Shown: positions 35,148 through 44,336 of the stretch, piece by piece
How the letters are laid out: the number at the start of each line of letters is the position of its first letter
How positions within the stretch are numbered: the stretch's first letter is position 1
Source of the DNA: Clostridia bacterium
GTDB taxonomy: Bacteria > Bacillota > Clostridia > Christensenellales > Borkfalkiaceae
NCBI GenBank assembly: GCA_021203845.1
Contig: JAJQAK010000185.1
Location: 1,731-65,730 of the forward strand
Reading direction: 5' to 3'
Length of the DNA stretch: 64,000 bases
Translations under genes and position numbers: made by a program
The notes under the pieces: generated by a model
The model's input: the letters and a program-made list of their open reading frames with translations, nothing else
The model's database searches: none
Told to the model about the DNA's origin: nothing

Positions 35148-37127
35148 TTACAGTTTGGAATAGTCGAGCGGAGCCTGTTCAACCACGGCAAGCGTTATGT
35201 GTATTTCGCCATAATCATCCCGCCTTATTTTCAGTGGCTTGAACCCCGTGCCTCTTTGTAAAATGAGCTCATCCTCAAATGTCGTATTGCTGAAAAAATT
35301 GCTGTCCCTTAATGATTCTTCTAATTTCTCATCCGATACCCCAAACGCGCTTAACCCCGACACATATAATGCGTTCATGCCTTTCGGACAGAATATGTCG
35401 AGTTTTATGTTGGAGTCCTTTGCCGTGCCCTCGGATGCTCCACATGAACAAAACGACGGCTGATACACGGTCTTGCCGCTGTTCACGGCTCTTTTCAGTG
35501 TCTCGTATGATGTGTTTTCTACCCCGAATAGTGCTGTTATTCCGGAGCCACAGACACCTCTTTCAACCCACACGTCTCTGTCCAGTTCGCTCTTGCCTAT
35601 TATCTCGGTCAATGCGTCTATCGCCTTTCCCTTGCCGTATGCGTCCATGTTTACGTTTCCCACGCCTCTAAAGTCCGACTTCTCCCAGCAGTAACCATTG
35701 GGGAAAAACGATTCATACCCACACAATGGAAGATTGAAGCCGTCTGAACCGCCCGTATAATCTATCGCCGATTCTATTTGCTCTGTGGTCGCATTTGCGA
35801 GCGCCTTTTTTGTGGCTTTCTCGAACACGCCCCTTGACATATATGGGTCATAACAGACAGTGGCTCTGTCCAGCCTGTCCTCGGTAAATGACTTTGCATT
35901 GAATTCCTTATACATTCCCTCAATGCAATTCTTCTTTGTTGCGTTTGGATTGTTGAACTTGCCCGATGCAATTTCCGAGTACGATGCGTCCTCCATTTTT
36001 TGGCAAAGTTCCCAGTCGGGGCGACATCTTTCTGCCATTTCGTTAATTCCGCAACGCATTGCGTCTTTATAAACCGATGGCCCCTCTCCCTTCAGCAATC
36101 TTCTGCAAAGTGTTTCATGTAACTCAAGATATGCCTGTCTTTGAGCTTCTTTATCGCCCTTTTGCGGTATCGCTTTAATTTGGGCGGCGATTTTGTCCAT
36201 ACTGCTTACATATCTCTCGGCACTTTTGATTATGTTTTCCATAAGTTTGGGATGTTTCTTGCCGTATCTTGAGTTCCGAAGTTTCTCCTCGGCCGCCACA
36301 AGTTTCTTCCTGTCACATTTAAGCCCATTTACATCATACGCTCCAAACACCTTTTTTGCGTCCGTTTCCATAAAGTCATAATACTCGGCTTTGTCTCTTA
36401 TCTTTTTGAGCTCTCCCCTAACTTTCTTGCCGAGTTCCGGATATTTTTCATCAATTTGTTTTAAATATCCTTTGAATTGTTTGTCATTAACATCGTCAGA
36501 CAAAAGATGGCGAATCATATGCGCCCTACCCTCAAGTTCGAGGCCAGACTCCATTTCTAAAAAACTGGCATATTTGCGCCCTATGTCGGCATATTTGTTA
36601 CAGAAATCACTCATCCCCTCGAACTTGCAGGCGGACAGCACTTTGTTTTCTTTCTCCTTGAGCCACTTTTTTTCATCCGCGCTCCTCGTGTCTTCACTCA
36701 AGCGTTTTCGTATGTTGTCCAAGCTGTTTTCCGTGCGATAGAATGACGGCACGAACTCCTTATCTACTCCCAAATTGTCAATATCTCTTTCGAGTATTCT
36801 GTTAAATACTTTACCTATGTAATCTATGTTGTCGTTTATGTCGTCCGCAAAATACTTTCTGCCGTATTTTGCGTCCGCGGCGTTCTCCTCGTTCCAATCC
36901 TCACCCTTTATCATCGCAACATAGTCATCTATCGTGCCATCCTCTCCGAGCGCCTCGTATGCCTTACTGAACCTCACCCCCGCCTGCCTCAATTCCCACC
37001 ACGCATCTCGCGGTGTGGCATCGGGTGGCAATTCAATACCGAACTCTTTACACAGTCCGAATGGTAACTTATTATTCCCATCCAAACGCAATAATCTTTG
37101 TATCATTGCCGCCCTTGCGTAGTTCAT
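35148..37127 (-). CDS. Module-tagged ADP-ribosyltransferase whose module lacks the acidic run
   Basis: 659-aa ORF. The N-terminus is MIQRLLRLDGNNKLPFGLCKEFGIELPPDATPRDAWWELRQAGV. The C-terminus has VWVERGV, PSFCSCGAS and EDELILQR. Confidence 0.75.
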   Translation of the reverse strand: MNYARAAMIQRLLRLDGNNKLPFGLCKEFGIELPPDATPRDAWWELRQAGVRFSKAYEALGEDGTIDDYVAMIKGEDWNEENAADAKYGRKYFADDINDNIDYIGKVFNRILERDIDNLGVDKEFVPSFYRTENSLDNIRKRLSEDTRSADEKKWLKEKENKVLSACKFEGMSDFCNKYADIGRKYASFLEMESGLELEGRAHMIRHLLSDDVNDKQFKGYLKQIDEKYPELGKKVRGELKKIRDKAEYYDFMETDAKKVFGAYDVNGLKCDRKKLVAAEEKLRNSRYGKKHPKLMENIIKSAERYVSSMDKIAAQIKAIPQKGDKEAQRQAYLELHETLCRRLLKGEGPSVYKDAMRCGINEMAERCRPDWELCQKMEDASYSEIASGKFNNPNATKKNCIEGMYKEFNAKSFTEDRLDRATVCYDPYMSRGVFEKATKKALANATTEQIESAIDYTGGSDGFNLPLCGYESFFPNGYCWEKSDFRGVGNVNMDAYGKGKAIDALTEIIGKSELDRDVWVERGVCGSGITALFGVENTSYETLKRAVNSGKTVYQPSFCSCGASEGTAKDSNIKLDIFCPKGMNALYVSGLSAFGVSDEKLEESLRDSNFFSNTTFEDELILQRGTGFKPLKIRRDDYGEIHITLAVVEQAPLDYSKL

Positions 37128-37157
37128 GCTCCCTCCTCATAATCATTCTCCGTGCAT

Positions 37158-37182
37158 TGAAAAAGCCGGTTTTCGCCGGCCT
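37158..37182 (-). terminator. Intrinsic terminator GCCGG-CGAAAA-CCGGC-UUUUUC
   Basis: The stem spans 37180-37176 and 37169-37165, with the U-tract at 37164-37160. It lies directly after the stop at 37200 and before the ART gene RBS. Confidence 0.6.
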
Positions 37183-37199
37183 TCAAGTTTGATGATATG

Positions 37200-37589
37200 T
37201 TATTTATTTTCTTTCGATTCTTCCAGTACGTCTCGCAAGGCTTCGAGTATTTTGACAAACACCTTGCTGTGTTGCTCGTTAAACGGGTTGCTTTGCATAT
37301 AATGCGTCACTTCCCGCCAGTACGAGAAATATAGGTTTCCGAGGTCTTTCCAGCTTTTGACTTCCGACAGGAGTTTCTTTAGCTTGTCCGCATCGTCCAT
37401 CGGTATCGGTTTACCGCCGCAATATTTCTCCGAAAAGCTCTTGCCATGGTCCGATATGAATCCATACTCTTTGGATGCTTTCATAATCTCCTCGCCTATG
37501 ATTCCGCGCACCGAAGAAGTTCTCAATCTAAACACGCGTAAATGCCGATTTACCAGTTTCAGCAGCTCCTTTTTGCTTTTCGCCATCAC
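37200..37589 (-). CDS. Small protein, paralog pair member (candidate ART partner/immunity)
   Basis: 129 aa. It contains ...ASKEYGFISDHGKSFSEKYCGGKPIPMDDADKLKKLLSEVKSWKDLGNLYFSYWREVTHY... Confidence 0.7.
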   Translation of the reverse strand: MMAKSKKELLKLVNRHLRVFRLRTSSVRGIIGEEIMKASKEYGFISDHGKSFSEKYCGGKPIPMDDADKLKKLLSEVKSWKDLGNLYFSYWREVTHYMQSNPFNEQHSKVFVKILEALRDVLEESKENK

Positions 37590-37972
37590 TCGCCCTTCTT
37601 TTCCAAAACTTCTATGAGCCTTTTGATTATCGCCGAGAACACCTTAACGTTCTCCTCGCTGAACGGGTCATCGTACTCGTCGAAATGCGTGACCTCTCGC
37701 CAGTACGAGAAGTATAAGCCCCCCAAATCCTTCCAGCTGTCACACGTAGCAAGCACCTTTTTGAACTCCTCATCGTCGCCGTTGGGTATCTCCTCGCTGT
37801 TGCAGTATTTCTCCGAAAATCTGTTACCGTGGTCTGACTTGAAGCCGTACTCGGACGCAAGGTCGAACATCTCATCGTTCATTTTGTCCTCGTTCCCACC
37901 TTTCCTGAACGTCTTAAGATGGCGTTTCAAGATGTCCAAAAGTTTCTTTCTGCTCAGTTTTTTCTCCGCCAT
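37586..37972 (-). CDS. Small protein, paralog pair member (candidate ART partner/immunity)
   Basis: 128 aa. It contains ...ASEYGFKSDHGNRFSEKYCNSEEIPNGDDEEFKKVLATCDSWKDLGGLYFSYWREVTHF... and overlaps its paralog by 4 nt. Confidence 0.7.
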   Translation of the reverse strand: MAEKKLSRKKLLDILKRHLKTFRKGGNEDKMNDEMFDLASEYGFKSDHGNRFSEKYCNSEEIPNGDDEEFKKVLATCDSWKDLGGLYFSYWREVTHFDEYDDPFSEENVKVFSAIIKRLIEVLEKKGE

Positions 37973-37998
37973 TTAGTCACCTCCCTATATTTGCGTCA

Positions 37999-38027
37999 AT
38001 TATAACACATATCCGCCACATTGTCAA
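37999..38027 (-). promoter_or_regulatory. Consensus promoter TTGACA-17-TGTTATAAT
   Basis: The -35 is at 38027-38022 and the -10 at 38004-37999. The upstream element is GCGTGAAAGTG. It sits 18 nt after the portal-fusion stop. Confidence 0.7.
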
Positions 38028-38045
38028 CACTTTCACGCAGAATAT

Positions 38046-41000
38046 TTAAGAGCTTTTCTTTTTTGTTTTCTTTTGTAGCTTTCCGGGGTAATCCACTTTG
38101 TCGTAGTCGAGCGGGTACTGCCCCACAACGGCGAGGTCAAGATACACTTTCCCATGCTCCCCCTCCGTGCATTTGAGAAGTTTGAACTCCGTGTTTCTTT
38201 GGAGCAGAAGTTCGTTCTCGCTGCCCACGTCGTAAAAATTCTCGCCCTTGTAATTGTTCTTGCCGCCGTAATAGCTTGCCGGGGCAATATATGCGCCCTT
38301 CGTGCCTTTCGGAGCATAAATGTTGAGTATGAACTTCTTGTCCGTGAATCCCGCGTTTTTGGATGCCGAACATGAGCAAAAACTCGGCTGCATGAACGTT
38401 TCGCTGCTCCCCACTTTCGCCTTGAGCGCGTCAAACGAAAACTCGTCAAGCCCGAACATATCGCAGATACAGCCCCTACTCGTGCCTCTTTGAAGCCACA
38501 TATCTTCAGGAATCTCGTTGTTGTTTAAAAACTCTGTCAAGTCCTTTACAGTCTTGTCTATTTTGTTCTTGGACATATCGACGTTGCCTATGCCGACGTA
38601 ATTGTCCTTCTTCCAGCCGTCCCGATACCCCGCGAGCGTCCTGTTGTAGTTTCCGCTACCTTTTGTGTACTCCCATACCGACGTGCGTTGCGGCCCCGTG
38701 GCATTGGCGAACGTCTCACGCGCCCACGGCTTGAGTTTCTGTACGGACGATGCTCTAGTTTGACACCATAAGGCGTTGTCCATTCTCTCTTGCGTGAACG
38801 CATCCTTTTCAAACGTGGTTGACATCCCCGGCATGACGTTTTCGGCACTCACGCCTTTTGCGTTGTACTTACCGTTGTGTATGTCGGAGTATGTGATAGT
38901 GTTTGCGAGTGAATCCACCAAATCACCCCACGTGCCGGCGCAAAAACCGCTTATCTTGTATAGCCCCGATACCATATAGTCCTTATATCCGATGCCTACA
39001 TTCGGGTTTGCGTAATTGTTATTGTCTTGTCTGTCCCTTGCCGCGACATTCAGTTTTACGCTTAAGTCTCTTAACTCGCCGATTTTCTGCGGAGCGGTTT
39101 TGTTGGCATCCGACGTTATCCGGTTTATTTCATCGGCGACTTTCTGCATATTGTCGATATATTCATCGACTTCCTCCCATTTCTTCTCGACGTATTTGGG
39201 ATGGGATTTGCCGTATGTGGAGTTCTCGATTTCTTCCATGACGTTCCCCGTCGCCACGTGGTTGGGCATGAGTTTATCCACATCGAACGCGGAATTGAAC
39301 AGGTCTTTTGCAAAATCGCTTTCCGCCTCTATCTCATTGTACATTTCGGCGGCATCCTCCCGCATTTTGTCATATGCCGCTTTTAGTCCCGGGATGTCGG
39401 AATGTTCTTCTATTGTCTTTTTGAAGTCCTCTCCGCAGATTTGATTGTAATAATAGGACGCGGCGGACATCGCAGTGGCTACGCGCCGAGAATCTTTGCA
39501 GTAGAGTTTCAGCTGCTCATAATCACTTATCTTTTTGTCGATTTCTTTCCAAACAGTCGCCATTTCACGCTCTTTGGCATATTCCGTCACAAGTTGCTTA
39601 TAATATTCTTTCAGCTCGGAGTCATATGTGTCTTTTGCATATTCCGAAATCATCCAGCCGCTATCGAACGATGGGTATTTGAAAGGGTCTAATCTTTGGG
39701 TAAATCCGTTTTCCTTTATAAGCTCCGCGTTCTCATCGTTTACCGTTTTGGTGCGGTCTATGAGGTCTTTGGCGAACACAACACCCTCCACGTCCTTGAA
39801 CTTTTCAGCGGGCTCGGTCTTTTCGGGCTCTTTGGACGCTTTCTTTGTTTCGGGATGTTCTTCGTTCACCTTCTCTACTATGCCCTTCGTGTTTCCGGTC
39901 TTTTCAAGCTCCGTGTACACGTCCGTGGGCTTAATCCCTTTCCCCCTCAAAGCATCCCATGCGTCTCTCGGCGCGGCTCCTTCGGGCAAATCTATGCTGA
40001 ACTCCTTGCAAAGTCCGAACGGCAGTCTCGTGTTGCCGTGGTATTTGTGGTGCGTATCCCTCGGCTCGTCCTCATCGTCCTCTGCGTCCGTGTGGTAGCT
40101 TCCCTGTTTCCAGTTTGTGTACAGCCTCACCGCGTCACCGAACGGATTAAACAGCAAGTCATGCATTTCCTCTAACTCGTCGAGTGTGTAATACTTGGGT
40201 TTCGTGAGCTCGCTTGTGTTTCTCGTCGTGGGTGTGCCCTCAAACTCCGTGCATATGAATATGTCGGGACGAAGCTCCGTTTCTTTGTCGGTCTTGCCTC
40301 TGCCTATTCTCACCATGACCTTCGGAATTATGGAGAACTCCTCTTGAGTTTCACGAATTGCGGCATCGAGACTGTTCTCGCCTTCTTCCAAATGACCGCC
40401 GGGGCCACATAATGTGCCTATGCCGTTGCCCTCCTCTCTCATGGCCGTGAGCACCTTGCCGTTATGGAGAACTATTACCCCGCACGAGGGTTTCTCGTAG
40501 TCTATTTCGTGTGTGTATGCATCGCCGGTCGTGGGTTTGCGATATTCAAGCTCCAGCTCCTCTTTGTAATCGCGCTTTATTTCGTCAAGCGCCTTCTCGG
40601 CATCGGTTTTTTCGGGGAACTCGAACGATTTGGCGTTCTTTTGTCTGTACGCCTCTTTGATTTCCGACAGTCGTATCTCCGCGGCATAATTGGGGTCATT
40701 CACAGACGAGTATTTCGGCGTGTCAACGGGCGCGTCCATAGGTATGTCGATGGGGGTGTAATCGGGGGTGTAAACGTCCCCTTCGTCCGTCTCGCTCTCT
40801 TTGTTTGCCTTACCGTATTCTGCCTTTATTTTTTCGAGTTCTTCACCGACGGAGTGGGGCTCGGCCTGAACGGACGTATCTTGTCCGGCTCTGTTTGTAA
40901 GACCTTCGGAATCGGGGTTATCAATAACAATTTTTTCGGAGAAATCAGATGACATGGGTGATTCCTCGGCCTGTCCTTCATTTTTCGTCTGTGCCCGCCC

Positions 41001-42908
41001 CTCAAGACCGAACCCTTCCGCGGTGTTTTTGTCTTTATATTCTTCTTTTATGTTGTTTAGAGCATATTGCGCCTTGAGACCGCCGAGAACGCTCTCTGCA
41101 GTGTTTTCTTCGCTCCCTTGATATTCTGCTCGTGTTTCGTTACGGGCCTCTCTGTCGCTTTCTGTGGGCTCTGACGACCTCACAAGCGGATTGTTCTTTT
41201 CATTCTCAACTCCCAGCTCCGTGGATGTAGGATTGCTGTTGGGTATGTCCTGTTTTGCCGGCTCGCCTATCTGCATACCCTTGGAGTTTTCCTCTTTCGC
41301 CTCCTCCTTCTCCTCATCGTCGGGGGTAGCCGACTGCGGTTCATTGGAAGCCTCTTGTCCTCCGTCGGGAGTCTGCCCTTGCCCTCCTCCGAGCATGGCC
41401 ATCATTTGAGACATCGGGTCGTCCCCTCCGCCTTGCTGTTGCGGCATATTGGCCATGAGCTCATCTTCCGGTATGTCGTCAAGCATGGTATCTATGTCGA
41501 AGTCATCCTCTTTCGCGAGCGCCTTTCTGACCTCTGTGGGGTCCAAAACTCCGAGCTGTATGTATTGGCTCGCCGTGCTTGCTTTCGTAGCCTGCGTGCT
41601 TGCTTTCGTGGCGTCGAGTTGTGCCTGTTCCGTTTCACTCAAGCTCCAAAGCGACTCGAACGCTATTTCTATTTTCGGCACTTCGTCTATTTTTTTCGTG
41701 TTGACGCCCGCCTGAAATATAAGTCTCAAAAGATAACCTATGTTGTTGCGAAGATTTCCCTCCTGCATACCGGCTATTTTGTTGTAGTAGTTTTCGAGGT
41801 CTGACTGACCCGTGGCGTTTTGTCCTGCGGGCGAGCGTCCGAAAAGTATGGTCTGCGGTATGCCGGTGGCCGCCGACAACATATTGCAAGTCGTGTTGAT
41901 TATGTCCGATACGCCCGTGTACGTGAACTGAAGATTTGAGTAGTCTTCGCCGTCCGCGTCCAAAAGCATGGTGTTCAAAAGCCCCTTGGCTTGGTCTATT
42001 GCGTCGAGTCTTTTAAGGACGTCCTCCTCACCGTGCTCTCTTGAAAGTTGCTCTTGCATCCCTTTCATTTTGTATATCGGTTGTACGGACTTCTCCAAAA
42101 ATCGGGGGCCGTCGTCGTGAGCCACCTGCACATTGCGAAGCTCTCTTTTTATGCGTAAATATTCCGGCATCCCCCACATCTCATATGTGAAGTTTGAGCA
42201 TTTTTCGGGCAGTCTACCGCCTTTAAAAAGTAAAACTCTTGACTCGTGTACCCAAAAACATCCGTACTTGCTCGCCACGTAGTACCTTTCGGGCTGTCCG
42301 AGCCTTGAGCCGCGCATTTTGAACGGGTCATGCCCGCTGTATGAAAACATGGTCGTTATGTCGGGCACTATGACGGAGCGGTCGTAAACCCTCATTTCGT
42401 CCACGGACTCTATGTTGTCCCAATCCACGGGCTCGTCTATGCCTCTCCCGTCGTTTATGAGCATGACAATCATTGAGCCACCGAACAATCTTTGCCACCT
42501 CAACGCGTCGGTTGCCTGTTCCTCAAAACTCAAATTCCGAAGCGACTCTTTGTAGAAGTCTATGAGCTTGTCGTCTTTCACGTCCTTGAGCGTGAAGCCC
42601 TTTCGCATGGCATCTTCAGCAGGCGCATCTATTATTCTCGCAAAAATGGCGTTGCCTTCGTATATGACGGCAAGCTCTCCGTCCATTATCGGGAGTTCTC
42701 TCTCATAATGGTAATGCTCCATCGTGTCTTTGGACGTGCCGTAGTTGTTTATCATGTTTACGTAGCCGTCCGCACGATACTCATCCATTCTGTAATCACC
42801 GGGATTGTAGTTGTATGTCTCGTAAGCGTTTTTGAGTTTTATCCCCGTCTGTTTCTCTACCGCGCGGAGATACCTTTTCATTATCGCTTTCTGTTTTTCC
42901 GAGTCCAC
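38046..42908 (-). CDS. Giant fusion: portal (DUF1073-type) - low-complexity linker - NUDIX hydrolase - shared module - helical region - ADP-ribosyltransferase
   Basis: 1620-codon uninterrupted ORF directly downstream of the large terminase gene. The NUDIX box GHLEEGENSLDAAIRETQEEFSI is at 40329-40397. The module HTDAEDDEDE...HGNTRLPFGLCKEFSIDLPEGAAPRDAWDALRGKGI is at about 39880-40095. ART motifs are MWLQRGT (about 38480-38505), PSFCSCSAS (about 38360-38390) and ENELLLQR (about 38197-38222). Confidence 0.75.
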   Translation of the reverse strand: MDSEKQKAIMKRYLRAVEKQTGIKLKNAYETYNYNPGDYRMDEYRADGYVNMINNYGTSKDTMEHYHYERELPIMDGELAVIYEGNAIFARIIDAPAEDAMRKGFTLKDVKDDKLIDFYKESLRNLSFEEQATDALRWQRLFGGSMIVMLINDGRGIDEPVDWDNIESVDEMRVYDRSVIVPDITTMFSYSGHDPFKMRGSRLGQPERYYVASKYGCFWVHESRVLLFKGGRLPEKCSNFTYEMWGMPEYLRIKRELRNVQVAHDDGPRFLEKSVQPIYKMKGMQEQLSREHGEEDVLKRLDAIDQAKGLLNTMLLDADGEDYSNLQFTYTGVSDIINTTCNMLSAATGIPQTILFGRSPAGQNATGQSDLENYYNKIAGMQEGNLRNNIGYLLRLIFQAGVNTKKIDEVPKIEIAFESLWSLSETEQAQLDATKASTQATKASTASQYIQLGVLDPTEVRKALAKEDDFDIDTMLDDIPEDELMANMPQQQGGGDDPMSQMMAMLGGGQGQTPDGGQEASNEPQSATPDDEEKEEAKEENSKGMQIGEPAKQDIPNSNPTSTELGVENEKNNPLVRSSEPTESDREARNETRAEYQGSEENTAESVLGGLKAQYALNNIKEEYKDKNTAEGFGLEGRAQTKNEGQAEESPMSSDFSEKIVIDNPDSEGLTNRAGQDTSVQAEPHSVGEELEKIKAEYGKANKESETDEGDVYTPDYTPIDIPMDAPVDTPKYSSVNDPNYAAEIRLSEIKEAYRQKNAKSFEFPEKTDAEKALDEIKRDYKEELELEYRKPTTGDAYTHEIDYEKPSCGVIVLHNGKVLTAMREEGNGIGTLCGPGGHLEEGENSLDAAIRETQEEFSIIPKVMVRIGRGKTDKETELRPDIFICTEFEGTPTTRNTSELTKPKYYTLDELEEMHDLLFNPFGDAVRLYTNWKQGSYHTDAEDDEDEPRDTHHKYHGNTRLPFGLCKEFSIDLPEGAAPRDAWDALRGKGIKPTDVYTELEKTGNTKGIVEKVNEEHPETKKASKEPEKTEPAEKFKDVEGVVFAKDLIDRTKTVNDENAELIKENGFTQRLDPFKYPSFDSGWMISEYAKDTYDSELKEYYKQLVTEYAKEREMATVWKEIDKKISDYEQLKLYCKDSRRVATAMSAASYYYNQICGEDFKKTIEEHSDIPGLKAAYDKMREDAAEMYNEIEAESDFAKDLFNSAFDVDKLMPNHVATGNVMEEIENSTYGKSHPKYVEKKWEEVDEYIDNMQKVADEINRITSDANKTAPQKIGELRDLSVKLNVAARDRQDNNNYANPNVGIGYKDYMVSGLYKISGFCAGTWGDLVDSLANTITYSDIHNGKYNAKGVSAENVMPGMSTTFEKDAFTQERMDNALWCQTRASSVQKLKPWARETFANATGPQRTSVWEYTKGSGNYNRTLAGYRDGWKKDNYVGIGNVDMSKNKIDKTVKDLTEFLNNNEIPEDMWLQRGTSRGCICDMFGLDEFSFDALKAKVGSSETFMQPSFCSCSASKNAGFTDKKFILNIYAPKGTKGAYIAPASYYGGKNNYKGENFYDVGSENELLLQRNTEFKLLKCTEGEHGKVYLDLAVVGQYPLDYDKVDYPGKLQKKTKKKSS

Positions 42909-42920
42909 CTTGCTCCCTCC

Positions 42921-44336
42921 TTATATCAACCCTTTCAGGCTGAACTGGTTTACTATCTCCAGTTCCGAAAACGCGTTTGCCGACGCGTCCACCATGTCCT
43001 TGAACTTGTAATCGGGAAAATTCTCCATCTGCATTAAATAACTCTCGTTCCAGCCCGCCGTGACGAGGCTGACGTTCCCCGCCTGCCATTGAGCGGCGAG
43101 CGGTTCCGCCCTCAACTCTTTTGAGCCGGTTTCTCTTTCCGCCCTTACGTCAAATCCGGCCAAGAACTTCACAAAGCTCTCCGCCTGTGCTTTGCCCGCC
43201 TGTCCGGGGTCTTGTGGAAGCCTTACTCTTACCCGTCCGTATTTTTGTCTGTCCAGCTCCGCCGTCTGTTTTATGAGACTCCTCACGTCCCCCGCGCCGA
43301 GCTGTTTGTTTATGACGTCGGCAATGACGTATCTTCCGTCTCTGCGTTTGCCCATGAGAACTCCGGCCGTATAGCACGGGTCGCCGCTCGCCGTCTTTTC
43401 GGTTGCGGCCAAATCCCAGCAGCGCACCCATCTGTCAACGTCTTTCGGGGCGAACGGCAGAAAACCGTCTTTTTCGGGAAGTTGCTCCCTTCTGAAATAC
43501 AGTCCCGCGGACGGCTTTATTTTCCAGTTGCCCATCAAAAGTCTTTCACGCTCTATCACGGACAATGCCTTGAGGTTCGCCATATACTGCGGATTGATTC
43601 TCATAAGCTCCGTGTTGTCGGTGAGCCTTGACATTATGAAGGTGACCGAGCGGGGCTCTTGTCTCTCCTCCTCGGTCTTTAACTCGAACCGCTCCCACAA
43701 TTCTTCGGGAGTGTCGGCCCATATTATTTCTTCGTCCCTTCTGACAAACCAGCGCAGTTTCCCACTTTTTTCGGGCACCGGATAGCCCTCGTCGTTAAGC
43801 CACCAGTCTATGAACTTTGCCACCCAGCTGTTTGCGTCGGGGTTGCACGTGGCTCTCACGAACGGCTTTACTCCGCAAGTCGAACGGTTACGGGACAACA
43901 TATAGAAAAACGTCTTTTCCGAAAAATGCGTGAGTTCATCGAAGCCTATGAAACATATCTGCGAGCCCTGCCATTTGGCGACGTCCTCATCTCGCTCTAT
44001 GTGTGCGAATGTGAGCCTTGACATCACCTCGCCGTTATATGAAAACGACCACTGACTCCTTGTGAGACTCGCATCGCTCCCCCGTATGCCTCTGTACATC
44101 TTGTCGGCTTCTTCCCAAAGCCCGCCCGGTGAAAAAATTTGGTTGTAGTTGTGTCTGAATATCGCGCCGCTGAAGTCTTTTACGTCCTTGTACCTTAACG
44201 GACATAAGAGAAGCCCGTATGACTTCCCCCCACCCGCCGCGCCGCCGTATATACAAATGTCGGCCCTCGTGGACAAGAACCTTTCCTGCGGCCCTTTCTG
44301 CGGTTTAAGTATCATTCCCGTCCCTCTTATCCGCAT
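42921..44336 (-). CDS. terL: Terminase large subunit
   Basis: 471-aa ORF. It has the Walker A motif ICIYGGAAGGGKS and a C-terminal nuclease-like region, in the position small terminase, large terminase, portal. Confidence 0.85.
   Translation of the reverse strand: MRIRGTGMILKPQKGPQERFLSTRADICIYGGAAGGGKSYGLLLCPLRYKDVKDFSGAIFRHNYNQIFSPGGLWEEADKMYRGIRGSDASLTRSQWSFSYNGEVMSRLTFAHIERDEDVAKWQGSQICFIGFDELTHFSEKTFFYMLSRNRSTCGVKPFVRATCNPDANSWVAKFIDWWLNDEGYPVPEKSGKLRWFVRRDEEIIWADTPEELWERFELKTEEERQEPRSVTFIMSRLTDNTELMRINPQYMANLKALSVIERERLLMGNWKIKPSAGLYFRREQLPEKDGFLPFAPKDVDRWVRCWDLAATEKTASGDPCYTAGVLMGKRRDGRYVIADVINKQLGAGDVRSLIKQTAELDRQKYGRVRVRLPQDPGQAGKAQAESFVKFLAGFDVRAERETGSKELRAEPLAAQWQAGNVSLVTAGWNESYLMQMENFPDYKFKDMVDASANAFSELEIVNQFSLKGLI

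Noticed and set aside
38033-38449. Arg-rich alternative-frame minus-strand ORFs inside the ART-coding regions (38033..38449, 33156..33548, 38137..38379).
   Set aside because: They overlap well-supported ART domains in other frames. They have low-complexity basic composition, no RBS and no conservation between the three paralogous loci.
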